This document shows, one piece after another, positions 1-10,731 of a stretch of DNA of 64,000 bases (its first letter is position 1; each line of letters starts with the position of its first letter). The notes under the pieces are model-generated. The model ran no database searches, was not told the DNA's origin, and worked only from the letters and a program-made list of their open reading frames with translations. Source of the stretch: an uncultured Deferribacteres bacterium (lineage in GTDB: Bacteria; Zhuqueibacterota; Zhuqueibacteria; Zhuqueibacterales; Geothermadaptataceae); assembly GCA_964014485.1 (NCBI GenBank), contig CAXHAT010000010.1, positions 1 to 64,000 on the forward strand, read 5' to 3'. A program made the position numbers and the translations under genes.

Positions 1-2
1 CA

Positions 3-350
3 ATTGCCGCGCTTGTGGTCGTCGGCGTTGCGCTTGGATTGATTAGTTTTATTTTGGTGTCTAACAATATTCGTTTGACGATTCTGGCTCGAAAACGGAT
101 TATCGATACGATGCAGCTTGTCGGGGCGACGCGAGGTTTGGTGCGCTGGCCGCTCGTTATTCAGGGCGTGCTTGAGGGCGTTGTCGGGGGAGCGCTTGCA
201 GGGTTTTACCTTTGGTTGACCGGCGAAACGGCGCAAACGCTCATTTCTCCGATTGTTCAGATACCGCCATCGATTTATTGGGGGATGATTTTAACCGGAA
301 TTTTCTACGGCAGCCTCGGCAGTTTGCATGCGCTTCGCGGCAAACTTTAG
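3..350 (+). CDS. ftsX: Cell division permease FtsX, C-terminal part (5' truncated by window edge)
   Basis: NNIRLTILARKRIIDTMQLVGAT...RWPLVIQG matches the FtsX C-terminal motif, with hydrophobic TM segments; the frame is open to the window start. Confidence 0.85.
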   Translation: MAALVVVGVALGLISFILVSNNIRLTILARKRIIDTMQLVGATRGLVRWPLVIQGVLEGVVGGALAGFYLWLTGETAQTLISPIVQIPPSIYWGMILTGIFYGSLGSLHALRGKL

Positions 351-363
351 CCTGAAATTTCCC

Positions 364-393
364 TTGACATAGCAGAAGCGCAATCCGTATTTT
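364..393 (+). promoter_or_regulatory. Putative sigma70-type promoter for hrcA-grpE-dnaJ
   Basis: TTGACA at 364-369, 18-bp spacer, TATTTT at 388-393, upstream of the hrcA ATG at 430. Confidence 0.5.
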
Positions 394-429
394 AGCGCGC
401 TTGTGAGAACAACCGTTTCATTTTTTAAT

Positions 430-1530
430 ATGAATTCACCACACAACAAAAGCGTCGACCAAGAGTTGAACGAAAGGGAGAAGTTCATTCTTGGACACAT
501 CATCGAAAATTTCGTTTCCAACGCAACGCCCGTCAGCTCAAAATTGATCGCCAAAACGTCTGAGCTTCGTCTGAGCTCGGCCTCGATTCGCAACGTAATG
601 TATAACCTTGAGCAGCGCGGCTATATTGATCAACCGCATACTTCAGCCGGACGTACGCCGACGGACAAGGGCTATCGTTTTTACGTCGACCGATTGATGT
701 CTTCCGGCAGCTTAACCCGAAGAGTAAAACGTCAGATTGTAGACGGCATGGAACGCATGTCGCAAGATGTTGGCGTCGTGCTCGAAGCGGCTTCAGATAC
801 GCTGGCGAGCATTTCGAACCAGTTGGGAGTCGTGCTTGCGCCGAGATTTTATCAAGGCGTGTTCGAGCGTATGGAATTGGTGCCAATTGCGCGTAAGCGA
901 ATTTTGGCTGTTTTGAGTATTAAGTCCGGCTTGGTAAAAACGATCACAATGGAATTGGAAAACGATATTTCCAGAGACAAGCTTGACGAGACGGCGCGTG
1001 TGATCAACGAGCGTTTGCACGGGCTGACGCTGCAAGAAATTAAGGAAACGGTTGACGCCCGGCTCAGAGACGTCGCGAACGGGGACGCCAGTTTTGTGGA
1101 TCTTGTGGTGGCGTCTTCCAAGTTCCTTTTTGACGTATCGCCGGCGATGGATTTGCATATTAAAGGCGCTACAAACATTATGACGCAGCCGGAATTTCAG
1201 CATCAGGATAAAATTCGGGAAATCTCCGGTCTGTTAGACGACCGCGAAATTCTGGTTCATATTCTCAATCAGCCTGAAGCGGGAAACGAAGATGAAGATG
1301 AAGTTGAAGAAGCGGCCAGTCATATCAGAATTACAATCGGCGAAGAAAATACTGAAGACTTTATTCAGCATTGCAGCTTGATTACTGCGTCATATAATGT
1401 TGGAGACATTTCCGGCAAGATCGGCGTTTTGGGGCCCACGCGGATGGATTATTCAAGAATTGTTACGTTAGTAGACTACATGGGGAAAGCGCTTTCTGAA
1501 ACGCTTACCGGCAAGGGGATTACCAATTAG
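430..1530 (+). CDS. hrcA: Heat-inducible transcription repressor HrcA
   Basis: PVSSK...LSSASIRN...LE..GYIDQPHTSAGRTPTDKGYRFYVD and GVLGPTRMDY motifs. ATG 430 preferred over GTG 403. Confidence 0.95.
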   Translation: MNSPHNKSVDQELNEREKFILGHIIENFVSNATPVSSKLIAKTSELRLSSASIRNVMYNLEQRGYIDQPHTSAGRTPTDKGYRFYVDRLMSSGSLTRRVKRQIVDGMERMSQDVGVVLEAASDTLASISNQLGVVLAPRFYQGVFERMELVPIARKRILAVLSIKSGLVKTITMELENDISRDKLDETARVINERLHGLTLQEIKETVDARLRDVANGDASFVDLVVASSKFLFDVSPAMDLHIKGATNIMTQPEFQHQDKIREISGLLDDREILVHILNQPEAGNEDEDEVEEAASHIRITIGEENTEDFIQHCSLITASYNVGDISGKIGVLGPTRMDYSRIVTLVDYMGKALSETLTGKGITN

Positions 1531-1532
1531 TT

Positions 1533-2264
1533 ATGAGGAAAAGACTACGGATGAAGAAAGATAAAACAAAGCGCGAGAAAAAGACTGGGAACGATAAAGT
1601 GAACGGCGAAATGAAAAACGGTCTGGGTGCGGAAATCAACGCTGAAGATGTGGCCGGCAAAAATGAAGAGACCGCCGAAAACGGTGATTCGACGGCATTG
1701 TCAAGTGCAGATGAAAATGACGTGCAGAACGCCGATGAGAAAAGTGACGGTTTGGCTGAAACTCAAGATGACGAAACGGCGGATGAAAAAGAGCCGCAAA
1801 ATGACAGTCAGGAAAAACTGGACGCTCTAAAAATGGAATTGAGAAGCGTTCATGAAAAATACATGCGCAAAGCGGCGGAATTTGAAAATTTCCGCAAGCG
1901 AAAAGAAAAAGAGGTGCAGGACGTGTGGCTTCTTGCCAGCGCCGAAACGATCAAAAAGTTCCTTCCGGTTATCGACGATCTTGATCGATCCATCGCCTCA
2001 GCCACGAGTGACGGTGAAAAGAATTTTGAAGCGCTTGTTTCTGGAATTGAGCTGGTTCAGAAAACCTTTTTAAAAGCCTTGGAGTCCGAGAAGGTGGAGC
2101 GCATTAAGGCTGTCGGAGAGCCTTTCGATCCTGAATTTCACGAAGCGTTGATGCAGATGGAAAAAGAAGGGGTTGAAGCGGATGTTGTCATCGATGAGCA
2201 CCAGCCGGGATATAAAGTTGGGGACAAGGTATTGAGACCAGCCAAGGTTCTTGTCAGTAAATAA
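1533..2264 (+). CDS. grpE: Nucleotide exchange factor GrpE
   Basis: AEFENFRKR, FDPEFHEA and GYKVGDKVLRPAKVLV motifs; acidic disordered N-terminus; exact start uncertain. Confidence 0.95.
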   Translation: MRKRLRMKKDKTKREKKTGNDKVNGEMKNGLGAEINAEDVAGKNEETAENGDSTALSSADENDVQNADEKSDGLAETQDDETADEKEPQNDSQEKLDALKMELRSVHEKYMRKAAEFENFRKRKEKEVQDVWLLASAETIKKFLPVIDDLDRSIASATSDGEKNFEALVSGIELVQKTFLKALESEKVERIKAVGEPFDPEFHEALMQMEKEGVEADVVIDEHQPGYKVGDKVLRPAKVLVSK

Positions 2265-2297
2265 ATCTTTAAAAACAGACTATTAGAAAATAATTTT

Positions 2298-3428
2298 ATG
2301 CCTCGTGATTATTATGAAATTTTGGGGTTGGAGCGAAGTGCATCCGACGGTGAAGTAAAGCGTGCATACCGCAAACTGGCGATGGAATATCATCCGGATC
2401 GTAATCCTGGCGATAGCGTCGCCGAAGAAAAATTTAAAGAAGCGTCGGAAGCCTATGAAGTGCTGAAGGATTCTTCGAAACGCCAGCGTTATGACGCTTA
2501 CGGTCATGCCGGCGTGGAAGGCGGGTTTTCTCGCAATCATGTCGATTTCGATTTGAGCGACGCCTTGCGCACTTTTATGTCGGAAGGGATTTTCGGTGAT
2601 ATTTTCGGCATGGGGCGGGGAGGAAGCCGACGAGAGACGAAGCCTCGCGGGTCTGATCTGCAAATCCGGATCGCTTTAACTTTGGAAGAAATCGCTTCCG
2701 GAGTCACCAAGAATATCAAGCTTAAAAGATTGATTCAATGCGAGGATTGCAACGGTACTGGAGCACAAGAAGGCAGTCAGCCGGTAACATGCCCGGAATG
2801 CGCAGGCGCCGGGGAGGTGCGGAATGTTTCTCGTTCGATGTTTGGACAATTCATCAACGTGACAACTTGTCCGCGCTGCAGGGGAGAAGGGAGCGTTATT
2901 AAGGACGTTTGCTCGTCTTGTCACGGAGAAGGCCGCGTTAAGGGCAGCGGCACGATTACAGTAAAAATACCCGCAGGCGTCGCTTCGGGAAATTACATTT
3001 CCGTGCGTGGTGAAGGCAACGCCGGGCCACGAGGCGGCGGCAAAGGAGACGTTATCGTCATCATTGACGAAAAAGAACACGTCAACTTTGAACGGCACGG
3101 CAATGACATTCTTTATGATCTCGTCGTCAGTTTTCCGCAAGCTGTTTTAGGAGATTCCATCGAGATTCCGACTTTGAACGGCAAAGCGGCGTTGGACGTG
3201 GGGGCAGGCACGCAGCCTGGAAAAATCTTGCGAATGCGCGGCAAAGGAATTCCGTATTTACGCGGCACAGGCAAAGGCGACCAACTCGTTCGCATTCTTG
3301 TCTGGACGCCAACAAAGCTCAATAAGCATGAAAGAGACATGCTAAAAGACTTGGCTGAATCTGAAAATATCAAGCCGCCAAAATCCGGTAAAGGCATTTT
3401 TGATAAGCTGAAAGACGTGTTTTCATAA
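2298..3428 (+). CDS. dnaJ: Chaperone DnaJ
   Basis: J domain with HPD, G/F-rich region, four CxxCxGxG repeats, C-terminal domain. Confidence 0.97.
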   Translation: MPRDYYEILGLERSASDGEVKRAYRKLAMEYHPDRNPGDSVAEEKFKEASEAYEVLKDSSKRQRYDAYGHAGVEGGFSRNHVDFDLSDALRTFMSEGIFGDIFGMGRGGSRRETKPRGSDLQIRIALTLEEIASGVTKNIKLKRLIQCEDCNGTGAQEGSQPVTCPECAGAGEVRNVSRSMFGQFINVTTCPRCRGEGSVIKDVCSSCHGEGRVKGSGTITVKIPAGVASGNYISVRGEGNAGPRGGGKGDVIVIIDEKEHVNFERHGNDILYDLVVSFPQAVLGDSIEIPTLNGKAALDVGAGTQPGKILRMRGKGIPYLRGTGKGDQLVRILVWTPTKLNKHERDMLKDLAESENIKPPKSGKGIFDKLKDVFS

Positions 3429-3440
3429 ACAGGCGTCGTT

Positions 3441-3842
3441 ATGTGGGGGCTTTCCGCCAAACAATTGTCTGCCGTTATCCTACTCATCGTGAGCCTGAGC
3501 ATCGGGCATGCCGTTTCTTATTTTAGGATGCAAGAACCGCTTCCTGAAGTCGATCCCGAAATCATCGAAAGGTTTATTGCCGTTTCTGACAGTTTGAATC
3601 GAGCTGACTCAATGCGTGTTGCGTTAGGGCTGCCCGAGGCAACGAAAATGTTTTCGATAAACATCAACCTGGCTTCGCAGGAACAATTGGAAGAGTTGCC
3701 GGGAATCGGGCCTGTGATGGCGCGGCGGATACTCGATTTTCGTGAAAAAGTCGGGGCAATTGAGAGTAAATCACAATTGCTTGAGGTGAAAGGAATTGGT
3801 CCGAAGACTTTGTCGAAAATTGAAAAGTTCATTCGTTTATAG
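3441..3842 (+). CDS. ComEA-family helix-hairpin-helix DNA-binding protein with N-terminal membrane anchor
   Basis: ININLAS..QLEELPGIGP..A.RI...R and LLEVKGIGPKT tandem HhH motifs; N-terminal TM. Confidence 0.85.
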   Translation: MWGLSAKQLSAVILLIVSLSIGHAVSYFRMQEPLPEVDPEIIERFIAVSDSLNRADSMRVALGLPEATKMFSININLASQEQLEELPGIGPVMARRILDFREKVGAIESKSQLLEVKGIGPKTLSKIEKFIRL

Positions 3843-4018
3843 CCGACAAACTGATGAAAAACGAAAATTTTTGAACTATTTCAACGCCTGAATGTTGGTA
3901 AAATAATTCTTGGTTCAGGTGAATATTGTTTTAAATTCAGCCAATTATTTTCGACAAGGCACGTCTTTGTGAATCTGTGACCGACGCACGAATTTGAAGA
4001 TCGAGAGAGGGAGGAAAA

Positions 4019-4939
4019 ATGTCTTCACGATACGGCAAAGGGAATATTGTTTATAAACTGCTTATCGTCATTTTGACGGCGGCGCTGGCTCTATCCCTTT
4101 ACTATCCTAAATCACTATGGGATCAGGAAGCGAAAAACCTGCAAATCGGCCGAGAGAGAATGACGAATATATACAATTCGGCTGTGCTCTTTCAGCGTTT
4201 TAGCGGCGACTTTACTGATAGTTTAGACCAACTGATCGAGTTTTTAAAAACGGACAGCGCTTATCATGCTCTGGTTGATTCATCGGTAACCGGTAGAATG
4301 GATCTGTTCATAGCTGAGGTCGATTCCTTGCGCGGCGCACAGGTTGTTTTGGAAGAATTCGTGACGACATATGTCAATCCCGACGACTCTTTAACCCTCG
4401 ACTCTTTAAGACTTCGAATCGATGATTTTAGCACCGCGAATCGTTTCTTGCGCGATAAAATGGAAGCGTTGCGTGAAGACATGTTGAATTACCCCTATAC
4501 GCCCGTCGCTGATTATGATCGCGCCGTTGAGGTTCTCCAAAGAAAGGATTTTTACCTCAATTATACCATTATTCAGCGAATGATGGAACAATCTCGTACG
4601 CAAGACGCTGTGGATGCAAGTAAAACACTGCTGGATCACTATAGTACAATTCTGAGTAATCTGGAACTGACAAAACAGGCGATGGGCGGAATATACGACT
4701 ACTCCGATTCATTGCGTTTTTGTCCGACAATACGTGAGCCGTTCCTTTTGAGTATTCAACTTGTCGATTCGGCAATGACTATTAGAGAAGTTGTCGTTGC
4801 ATGCCCGATTGATTCCGTTGACAGCGTTGCCGTTTCGAATGATTTTGTAAAATCCACAATTGGCGCACTGAAGATATCAAATCATGGGTTTATCAAAGGC
4901 GGCGAAAAGAGTTGGGAAAACAAGCAATTGAAAAAATAG
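4019..4939 (+). CDS. Hypothetical membrane-anchored protein, possibly pilin-like
   Basis: Strong RBS (GGAGG); KG followed by hydrophobic N-terminal helix; helical body; two C-terminal CP motifs; lies upstream of a PilM-like gene. Confidence 0.6.
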   Translation: MSSRYGKGNIVYKLLIVILTAALALSLYYPKSLWDQEAKNLQIGRERMTNIYNSAVLFQRFSGDFTDSLDQLIEFLKTDSAYHALVDSSVTGRMDLFIAEVDSLRGAQVVLEEFVTTYVNPDDSLTLDSLRLRIDDFSTANRFLRDKMEALREDMLNYPYTPVADYDRAVEVLQRKDFYLNYTIIQRMMEQSRTQDAVDASKTLLDHYSTILSNLELTKQAMGGIYDYSDSLRFCPTIREPFLLSIQLVDSAMTIREVVVACPIDSVDSVAVSNDFVKSTIGALKISNHGFIKGGEKSWENKQLKK

Positions 4940-4993
4940 TTGGCTTGTCCTCCCATGCAAAGTGGATTCGATGATGATGTTTGGAGAATATAA

Positions 4994-5968
4994 ATGAACG
5001 CATTTCAGACCGAGGAGGGTCTGGTAGGCATTAGTTTGCGCGGCGATCAGTTAAGGATGACTGAGATGCCGGCGACCATTAACGCGCAAGAGCGAAAAGT
5101 TCTAAACGTTGTTTTGGGGCAATTTGAAACGCCTTTTTCCTTCCAGGTTTTAGAAGACAGATCTGCAATATCCAAATTTGCTGATACAATTCGGAGAACC
5201 GCAGGATCAGCAGGTTTCTTATCGAACAAAGCATCCCTTGCCATAGATTCAAGTTTTGTGCTTATTAAAAAAGTCCCTGTGGATAGTTCATTGCAAGATG
5301 ATGAACTGGCTGAGCATATCGATTGGGAATTTAGTCAATCCATGATCTCCCCCCCAGATCATTTCATTCGGGACTTTGAGCCTTTGCCGGCGGAAGGCGG
5401 AGCCAGTTACGAAAAACATGTTGTTTCAGTTGCTGTTCGCAAGGCGGTTATCGATTATCTCCGGGAAATTTTTGCTGAAACTGATTTTTTCCTGCAGGCT
5501 ATCGATGTTGACGTTTTTGCTGCACAAAGAGTGATTACGGAAAGGCATGACTATACTCCCGATAAAAAAACGGCTTTGATCGATATCAGGCAAGAAAATC
5601 TCCAGTTTTCTGTTCTTTACAAAGGCTTCAATTTGGTTCAAGAGATCAGTTATCCGGCGGACGAAGGACTTGAAGTCGGACACAACAAAGATGAACGGTT
5701 GGCGAGAGTCATCTCTAAGGAGCTGAGACGGATCATACTTGACAATAAGCTTGGCAAAAACGTTGAGGATGTTGATAATATTTATATCTATGGCGATGAT
5801 GTTGCGCCAACCATTCTTGACACTTTAGCTCAAGCGCATAATGTCGAGATGAAAATTCTCAATCCGTTTGAGCAAATCCCGTTAACCGATCAATCAACTG
5901 ACTCTCAGATTTCGAGCCATCCTGAAGCGTTTGTGACTTCTTTGGGTGCATCAATAAAAGGATTTTAG
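4994..5968 (+). CDS. PilM-like (actin-fold) type IV pilus/competence assembly protein
   Basis: VLIKKVPV...IDWE..Q, V.VAVRK.VID, AIDVDVFA, ALIDI, IY.YG and LNPF..I follow the PilM pattern. Confidence 0.7.
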   Translation: MNAFQTEEGLVGISLRGDQLRMTEMPATINAQERKVLNVVLGQFETPFSFQVLEDRSAISKFADTIRRTAGSAGFLSNKASLAIDSSFVLIKKVPVDSSLQDDELAEHIDWEFSQSMISPPDHFIRDFEPLPAEGGASYEKHVVSVAVRKAVIDYLREIFAETDFFLQAIDVDVFAAQRVITERHDYTPDKKTALIDIRQENLQFSVLYKGFNLVQEISYPADEGLEVGHNKDERLARVISKELRRIILDNKLGKNVEDVDNIYIYGDDVAPTILDTLAQAHNVEMKILNPFEQIPLTDQSTDSQISSHPEAFVTSLGASIKGF

Positions 5969-6000
5969 TATGTACGTAAAACAGCTCACGGAGGTGGAGC

Positions 6001-7014
6001 ATGGTTAACATTAACCTCAACCGAGACGACGACTACAGTAGAGAACAAAATTATACGGATGATAGTTTTTCCCAAACTCTGAACCTTGACAGCAAAGAAT
6101 TTGCTGATGAGCGCGACGATTTTCGCTCAGAGATGCCGGAGTTTCCCTCAAGCTCTAACAGCAATACGCGAGTATACGCCGTTCTTGGCGTGCTGCTCGT
6201 TGTCGTACTTGTCATTATTGCGATGCTTTGGTCGAGCGGCGGCGATGATTCTGATATTCCGCCTGATTTAAGAGGGTCGGAAGACGTCATTTCAGATTCC
6301 CCTGTCGATATAAATGAAGCCGGCGAAAGCCAAATGGATGACCCGGGAGCGATGATGGACGACGATCTTTCCAGCGGTTTTGATCTGGAAAGTCTGCCGC
6401 CCATCGAGCAAAAGATAAAGCTTTCAGCGGCTCTTGGTGCTGTTGCGGTTCAAGGCGTTAATGACGCAATGAGCAGTGACGTCGGCCTGTCGCTGGTACG
6501 ATTTGTTGACAGCTCCTTTCTTGCAGAAATTAAGGCGGGTTCTTCCGCCGGTCTGGATAACGCCGTCGAAATGATTCGGCAAAATACACAGGCCTCTAAT
6601 TTCCGCGTCGTGTCTCGTGAAAATGAAAACATCGCGGGAAGTACGATCATTAAGGCGATAATTTCGGGCGATTTGGATCAAAACACTGCTCCGGTTGTTA
6701 TTCGCGGCGGCGTGTCGCCAGTTGCCTTGTCAGATTTGACCTCTTGGCTAAAAAGCACAGCCGGCTCAAATCAATTGCGAGTCGAAAGGCTCAACGTTAG
6801 CAACCGTTCGTCAAATGTCGACGGCTACCAGAGCACGCCGGTGGAGTTGAACCTTCGCGGCTCCGTCTCAGATGCGCTGGGATTCCTCACGGCGGTTGAA
6901 GACGCTTCGCCCAATGTTTTGATAGACAAAATCTCTGTGATTAACAATGACGTCAGCGTTTCAACTGGAAGCACTGTCAATCTGGTCGTTGTTATGAAAC
7001 ACATTAACATGTAG
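6001..7014 (+). CDS. Hypothetical bitopic membrane protein, possibly a PilN/PilO-like fusion
   Basis: Starts MVNINL as PilN proteins do; single TM; C-terminal PVELNLRGS...LGFL..VE...NV.IDKISV resembles PilO/GspM folds; follows the PilM-like gene. Confidence 0.5.
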   Translation: MVNINLNRDDDYSREQNYTDDSFSQTLNLDSKEFADERDDFRSEMPEFPSSSNSNTRVYAVLGVLLVVVLVIIAMLWSSGGDDSDIPPDLRGSEDVISDSPVDINEAGESQMDDPGAMMDDDLSSGFDLESLPPIEQKIKLSAALGAVAVQGVNDAMSSDVGLSLVRFVDSSFLAEIKAGSSAGLDNAVEMIRQNTQASNFRVVSRENENIAGSTIIKAIISGDLDQNTAPVVIRGGVSPVALSDLTSWLKSTAGSNQLRVERLNVSNRSSNVDGYQSTPVELNLRGSVSDALGFLTAVEDASPNVLIDKISVINNDVSVSTGSTVNLVVVMKHINM

Positions 7015-7036
7015 ATAAAACGGATGCACTCGCCCG

Positions 7037-7591
7037 ATGCGAGTAATCGCCGGAAGTGTAAAAGGGGCGCGGTTGCAATCGCCGCCTGGCGGAGCTTTGC
7101 GCCCTACTTCAGACAGAACAAAACAAATTCTTTTTGACACGCTCTTCTCTTACGCCTCCCTTCAAAATTCTTCGATTTTAGACTTGTTTGCCGGTAGCGG
7201 CTCATTGGGAATAGAAGCCCTTAGCCGCGGCGCCCGGAATGCAGTTTTCGTAGACAGCTCACGTAAAGCTCTTCAGTTCCTCCGAAAAAATCTGGAAAAG
7301 ACGCATTTTACCAAACAAAGCCGAATTTTTAACGCCGATGCTGTTGCATTTCTGATGAAAAAACGCGATAATCACGGCTTTGATTTTGTATTCGCTGATC
7401 CTCCGTACGAACAAGGATTTGCGCAAAAGGTAGTCACGGAAGCAGGTTGTACCGAATTGTTGAGGTTGGGCGGTCTGCTTGTGCTAGAAGAATCGTTCAG
7501 AACCAGCTTTGAACTGCCGGAAAGCTTGGCATTGATCAACGAAAAAAAATGCGGCGATACTCGGCTTTTTTTCATTTCAAGGGAGGCGTAG
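7037..7591 (+). CDS. rsmD: 16S rRNA (guanine966-N2)-methyltransferase RsmD
   Basis: MRVIAG, LRPTSDR, LDLFAGSGSLGIEALSRGA and FADPPY motifs; adjacent to coaD. Confidence 0.95.
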   Translation: MRVIAGSVKGARLQSPPGGALRPTSDRTKQILFDTLFSYASLQNSSILDLFAGSGSLGIEALSRGARNAVFVDSSRKALQFLRKNLEKTHFTKQSRIFNADAVAFLMKKRDNHGFDFVFADPPYEQGFAQKVVTEAGCTELLRLGGLLVLEESFRTSFELPESLALINEKKCGDTRLFFISREA

Positions 7592-7594
7592 CAT

Positions 7595-8074
7595 ATGGGA
7601 AGAACGGCCGTCTATCCTGGAACATTCGACCCCATCACGAATGGACATCTTGACGTCATTGATCGCGCTCGGCGATTATTTGACAGAGTGATCGTCGCCG
7701 TTTCAACAAATTCATCCAAGACGCCGCTTTTTACGATCGACGAACGAATCGAACTTATTCAAAATGCTTTGGGCGACTCTGACGGCGTCGCCGTGACACA
7801 TTTTGAAGGGCTGCTAGTTGACTATGTCAGGAAAGCCGGTGCGGATGCTTTGGTTCGAGGGCTGCGTGCGATTTCAGATTTTGAATACGAGTTTCAAATG
7901 GCTTTGATGAATCGCAAGATTGGGAACGGAGTCACCACGGTTTTTCTTATGCCGCACGAGAACTACACATATTTGAATTCAACAATTGTTAAGGAAATAG
8001 CCCGTTTTGGCGGTGATATTGACAGCTTTGTCGCACCGAACGTCGCCGAAGCCTTAAAAGAAAAGTTGAAGTAA
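7595..8074 (+). CDS. coaD: Phosphopantetheine adenylyltransferase
   Basis: [14 protein letters not shown] and [16 protein letters not shown] motifs. Confidence 0.97.
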   Translation: MGRTAVYPGTFDPITNGHLDVIDRARRLFDRVIVAVSTNSSKTPLFTIDERIELIQNALGDSDGVAVTHFEGLLVDYVRKAGADALVRGLRAISDFEYEFQMALMNRKIGNGVTTVFLMPHENYTYLNSTIVKEIARFGGDIDSFVAPNVAEALKEKLK

Positions 8075-8076
8075 CT

Positions 8077-9057
8077 ATGAAAATTCTCGAAAAAATACGA
8101 GAGGGCGCACGACAGCAGCCTCGAAAGATAATTTTCCCGGAGACTGACGACGACAGAGTGCTTCACGCGGCCTCTTTTCTGTTGGAAGAAAAATTCGCCA
8201 AAGTCGTTTTCGTTGGAGATAGAGACGAAATACTCGGGCGGGCAAGAGAGCTTCCCGCCGATTCGGATGACGTCGAGTTTCTTGACCAGAAGAATGATGA
8301 CCTTCGCTCCGAATTTTCGCGAGCATATTTTTCGACCAGCAAAAAAAGAAAAGACATCCCTTTTTCAGAAGCTGAAGAAACAATGTCGGACCCCGTCTGT
8401 TTTGCTGCTATGGCGGTAAGGATGGGGGTGGCGGACGGCATGGTTGCAGGGTCAGTCGCCCCAACTGTTAAAGTGATTCGTGCCGGGTTGAAAACGATTG
8501 GCGTTGCTGAAGGCTGTTCGACCGTTTCAAGCGCCTTTTTAATGGTCTCTGCGCAATTGCGAAAAACACTGACTTTTGCTGATTGCGCTGTGGTTCCTGA
8601 ACCGAATGCGTCGCAACTTGCGGATATTGCGATTGCAGCGGCCAAAACGCATGAGCGACTCACGAAAGAAAGACCTCGAGTCGCTTTGCTTTCATTCTCG
8701 ACCAAAGGCAGCGCCGAACATGAGAGCGTTGACAAAGTGCGGGAAGCGCTGGCCCTTGCTTTGGAACGCGATCCGGCGATTGAATTTGACGGAGAATTAC
8801 AAGTTGACGCGGCGATTGTCGAAGAAATCGCGGACCGAAAAGCGCCCGAAAGTTCCGTCGCCGGAAAAGCAAACGTACTTGTTTTTCCATCATTGGATAG
8901 TGGGAATATCGCGTATAAACTTACCGAGCGGCTCGCGGATTTCCAGGCAATCGGACCCATTTTGCAGGGTCTCCGAAAACCCGTAAACGACCTCTCTCGC
9001 GGCTGCAGTGTTGACGATATTGTCGATGTCGCATGTATAACTTCAGCCATGAGCTAA
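8077..9057 (+). CDS. pta: Phosphate acetyltransferase
   Basis: [31 protein letters not shown] and [14 protein letters not shown] motifs. Confidence 0.93.
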   Translation: MKILEKIREGARQQPRKIIFPETDDDRVLHAASFLLEEKFAKVVFVGDRDEILGRARELPADSDDVEFLDQKNDDLRSEFSRAYFSTSKKRKDIPFSEAEETMSDPVCFAAMAVRMGVADGMVAGSVAPTVKVIRAGLKTIGVAEGCSTVSSAFLMVSAQLRKTLTFADCAVVPEPNASQLADIAIAAAKTHERLTKERPRVALLSFSTKGSAEHESVDKVREALALALERDPAIEFDGELQVDAAIVEEIADRKAPESSVAGKANVLVFPSLDSGNIAYKLTERLADFQAIGPILQGLRKPVNDLSRGCSVDDIVDVACITSAMS

Positions 9058-9078
9058 AACCAACAAAAGGAGCCTTTC

Positions 9079-10314
9079 TTGGCTAACAAAACTGCTTTAG
9101 GGAAAACCTCAAATTCACCGCTGGGATTGTCGCAATTTTCTCAGCAAATCCAAGGGTCGCCTACGCTCGCATTGACGACATTGGTGACTGAATTGCGGAG
9201 ACAAGGTCGTCAGATTATAGACTTAGGCGCAGGCGAACCTGATTTTCCAACGCCGTCGGCCGTTTGCCAAGCTGGAGTTGCGGCAATTAACGACGGTTTC
9301 ACAAAATATACGCCGAATGCAGGCACATATGATTTGAGGGAAGCGATCGCCAACCAGGCCAATGCGTCGGGCGGCAATTATTCGCCGGAAAATGTTTTGG
9401 TATGCAACGGCGCAAAACATGCGATTTATAACGCTTTGCTTACTGTTTGCGATCCCGGCGACGAAGTCATCATCCCGTCGCCCTATTGGACGAGTTATCC
9501 TGAACAAGTAAAATTGGCAAGAGCGAAGCCCGTTTTGTTGGAAGGGAAGGAAGAAAACGGTTTCAAAATTACGGCTGATGCGCTCGAAGACGCCATTTCA
9601 GAAAAAACAAAATTACTGATTCTAAACAGCCCCAATAACCCGACCGGTACGGTTTATACCAAGACGGAATTGGATGAAATTGTTACGGTTATCGCCAAAA
9701 AGAACATTTATGTGTTGAGCGACGAGATTTATTCTCTGCTCGTTTTTAACGACGTAGAAACAACTTCCCTGGCGGCTTTTCCGGCGATCAGCGATCAACT
9801 GCTGCTTGTAAACGGACTCTCCAAGAGCCACGCAATGACCGGCTGGCGAATCGGTTACCTCGTTGCGCGAAAAGAGATTGTAAAGGCTGCTGCGAAGATG
9901 CAAAGTCATGCCACTTCTAACATTTCTTCAATTACGCAAGCCGCCGGCTTGGAAGCCTTGCGAAAAACTTTGCCCGAGTTGAACGACATGAAAAACGAAT
10001 TCGATCAACGTCGAAAATATGTTGTTGGGCGCGTGCAAAATTTGAACGGTTTTGAATTGCCCAAGCCGCCGGAAGGCGCCTTTTATGTTTTTCCTAATGT
10101 GAAGTCCGTTTTGGGGGGGAGTGTGTCTGGCACGAAAATCGCGTCTCCATCAGATTTAGCCGCTTTTTTCCTCGAGTCTGCCAATGTGGCGACAGTGCCC
10201 GGAGAAGCTTTTGGCAGTAATGAGCATATTCGAATTTCCTACACGAATTCGATGGAAAACTTGGAGCAAGGGCTAAACAAAATTGCAGAAAGTCTGGAAT
10301 CGATTGAACAATAA
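9079..10314 (+). CDS. PLP-dependent class I aminotransferase (aspartate aminotransferase-like)
   Basis: GEPDF, NSPNNPTG, SDEIY and SKSHAMTGWRIG motifs; TTG start with AAGGAG RBS. Confidence 0.92.
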   Translation: MANKTALGKTSNSPLGLSQFSQQIQGSPTLALTTLVTELRRQGRQIIDLGAGEPDFPTPSAVCQAGVAAINDGFTKYTPNAGTYDLREAIANQANASGGNYSPENVLVCNGAKHAIYNALLTVCDPGDEVIIPSPYWTSYPEQVKLARAKPVLLEGKEENGFKITADALEDAISEKTKLLILNSPNNPTGTVYTKTELDEIVTVIAKKNIYVLSDEIYSLLVFNDVETTSLAAFPAISDQLLLVNGLSKSHAMTGWRIGYLVARKEIVKAAAKMQSHATSNISSITQAAGLEALRKTLPELNDMKNEFDQRRKYVVGRVQNLNGFELPKPPEGAFYVFPNVKSVLGGSVSGTKIASPSDLAAFFLESANVATVPGEAFGSNEHIRISYTNSMENLEQGLNKIAESLESIEQ

Positions 10315-10339
10315 GTAGAGAAATTTCTGGAGGTAGACA

Positions 10340-10624
10340 ATGCCGACTTACGATTATAAATGCGAAGAATGCGACCACCTTTTCGAGGCATTCCAAAGCA
10401 TGTCTGCTGAACCGCTGAAAGATTGCCCAAAATGTGAAGGTGCGGTCAAACGCATGATCCATGGCGGCACAGGGCTCATTTTTAAGGGTTCAGGATTTTA
10501 TTTGACGGACTACAAGAATAAGACCCAAAGCGGCGGCAAGAAAGCGTCCGGCGGGGACGGTTCCGAGAAAAAGCCGGAAACGAAGAAAACGGAAGACAAA
10601 GCAAAAAAAAGCAGCGGCAAATAG
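10340..10624 (+). CDS. FmdB-family zinc-ribbon protein
   Basis: MPTYDYKCEEC...CPKC...FKGSGFYLTDY with Lys-rich tail; GGAGG RBS. Confidence 0.92.
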   Translation: MPTYDYKCEECDHLFEAFQSMSAEPLKDCPKCEGAVKRMIHGGTGLIFKGSGFYLTDYKNKTQSGGKKASGGDGSEKKPETKKTEDKAKKSSGK

Positions 10625-10731
10625 ACAAAGTTCTCTTTCCAGGCGCTGCAGAAGATTTGATTCTAATCTCCTTTCTGTGCAGCGCTTACGCCGTTTCTGC
10701 AATGGATTTATAGCACCATCGGAGTATCAAC

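Noticed and set aside
392..418. CIRCE operator upstream of hrcA
   Set aside because: Only TTAGC matches; the right arm GAGTGCTAA is absent.
8163..9050. 295-aa antisense ORF
   Set aside because: It is a shadow of pta on the opposite strand with no motifs.
10643..10685. GCGCTGCA...TGCAGCGC inverted repeat after the FmdB gene
   Set aside because: An 8-bp stem with a long loop and no U-tract is not supportable as a terminator.
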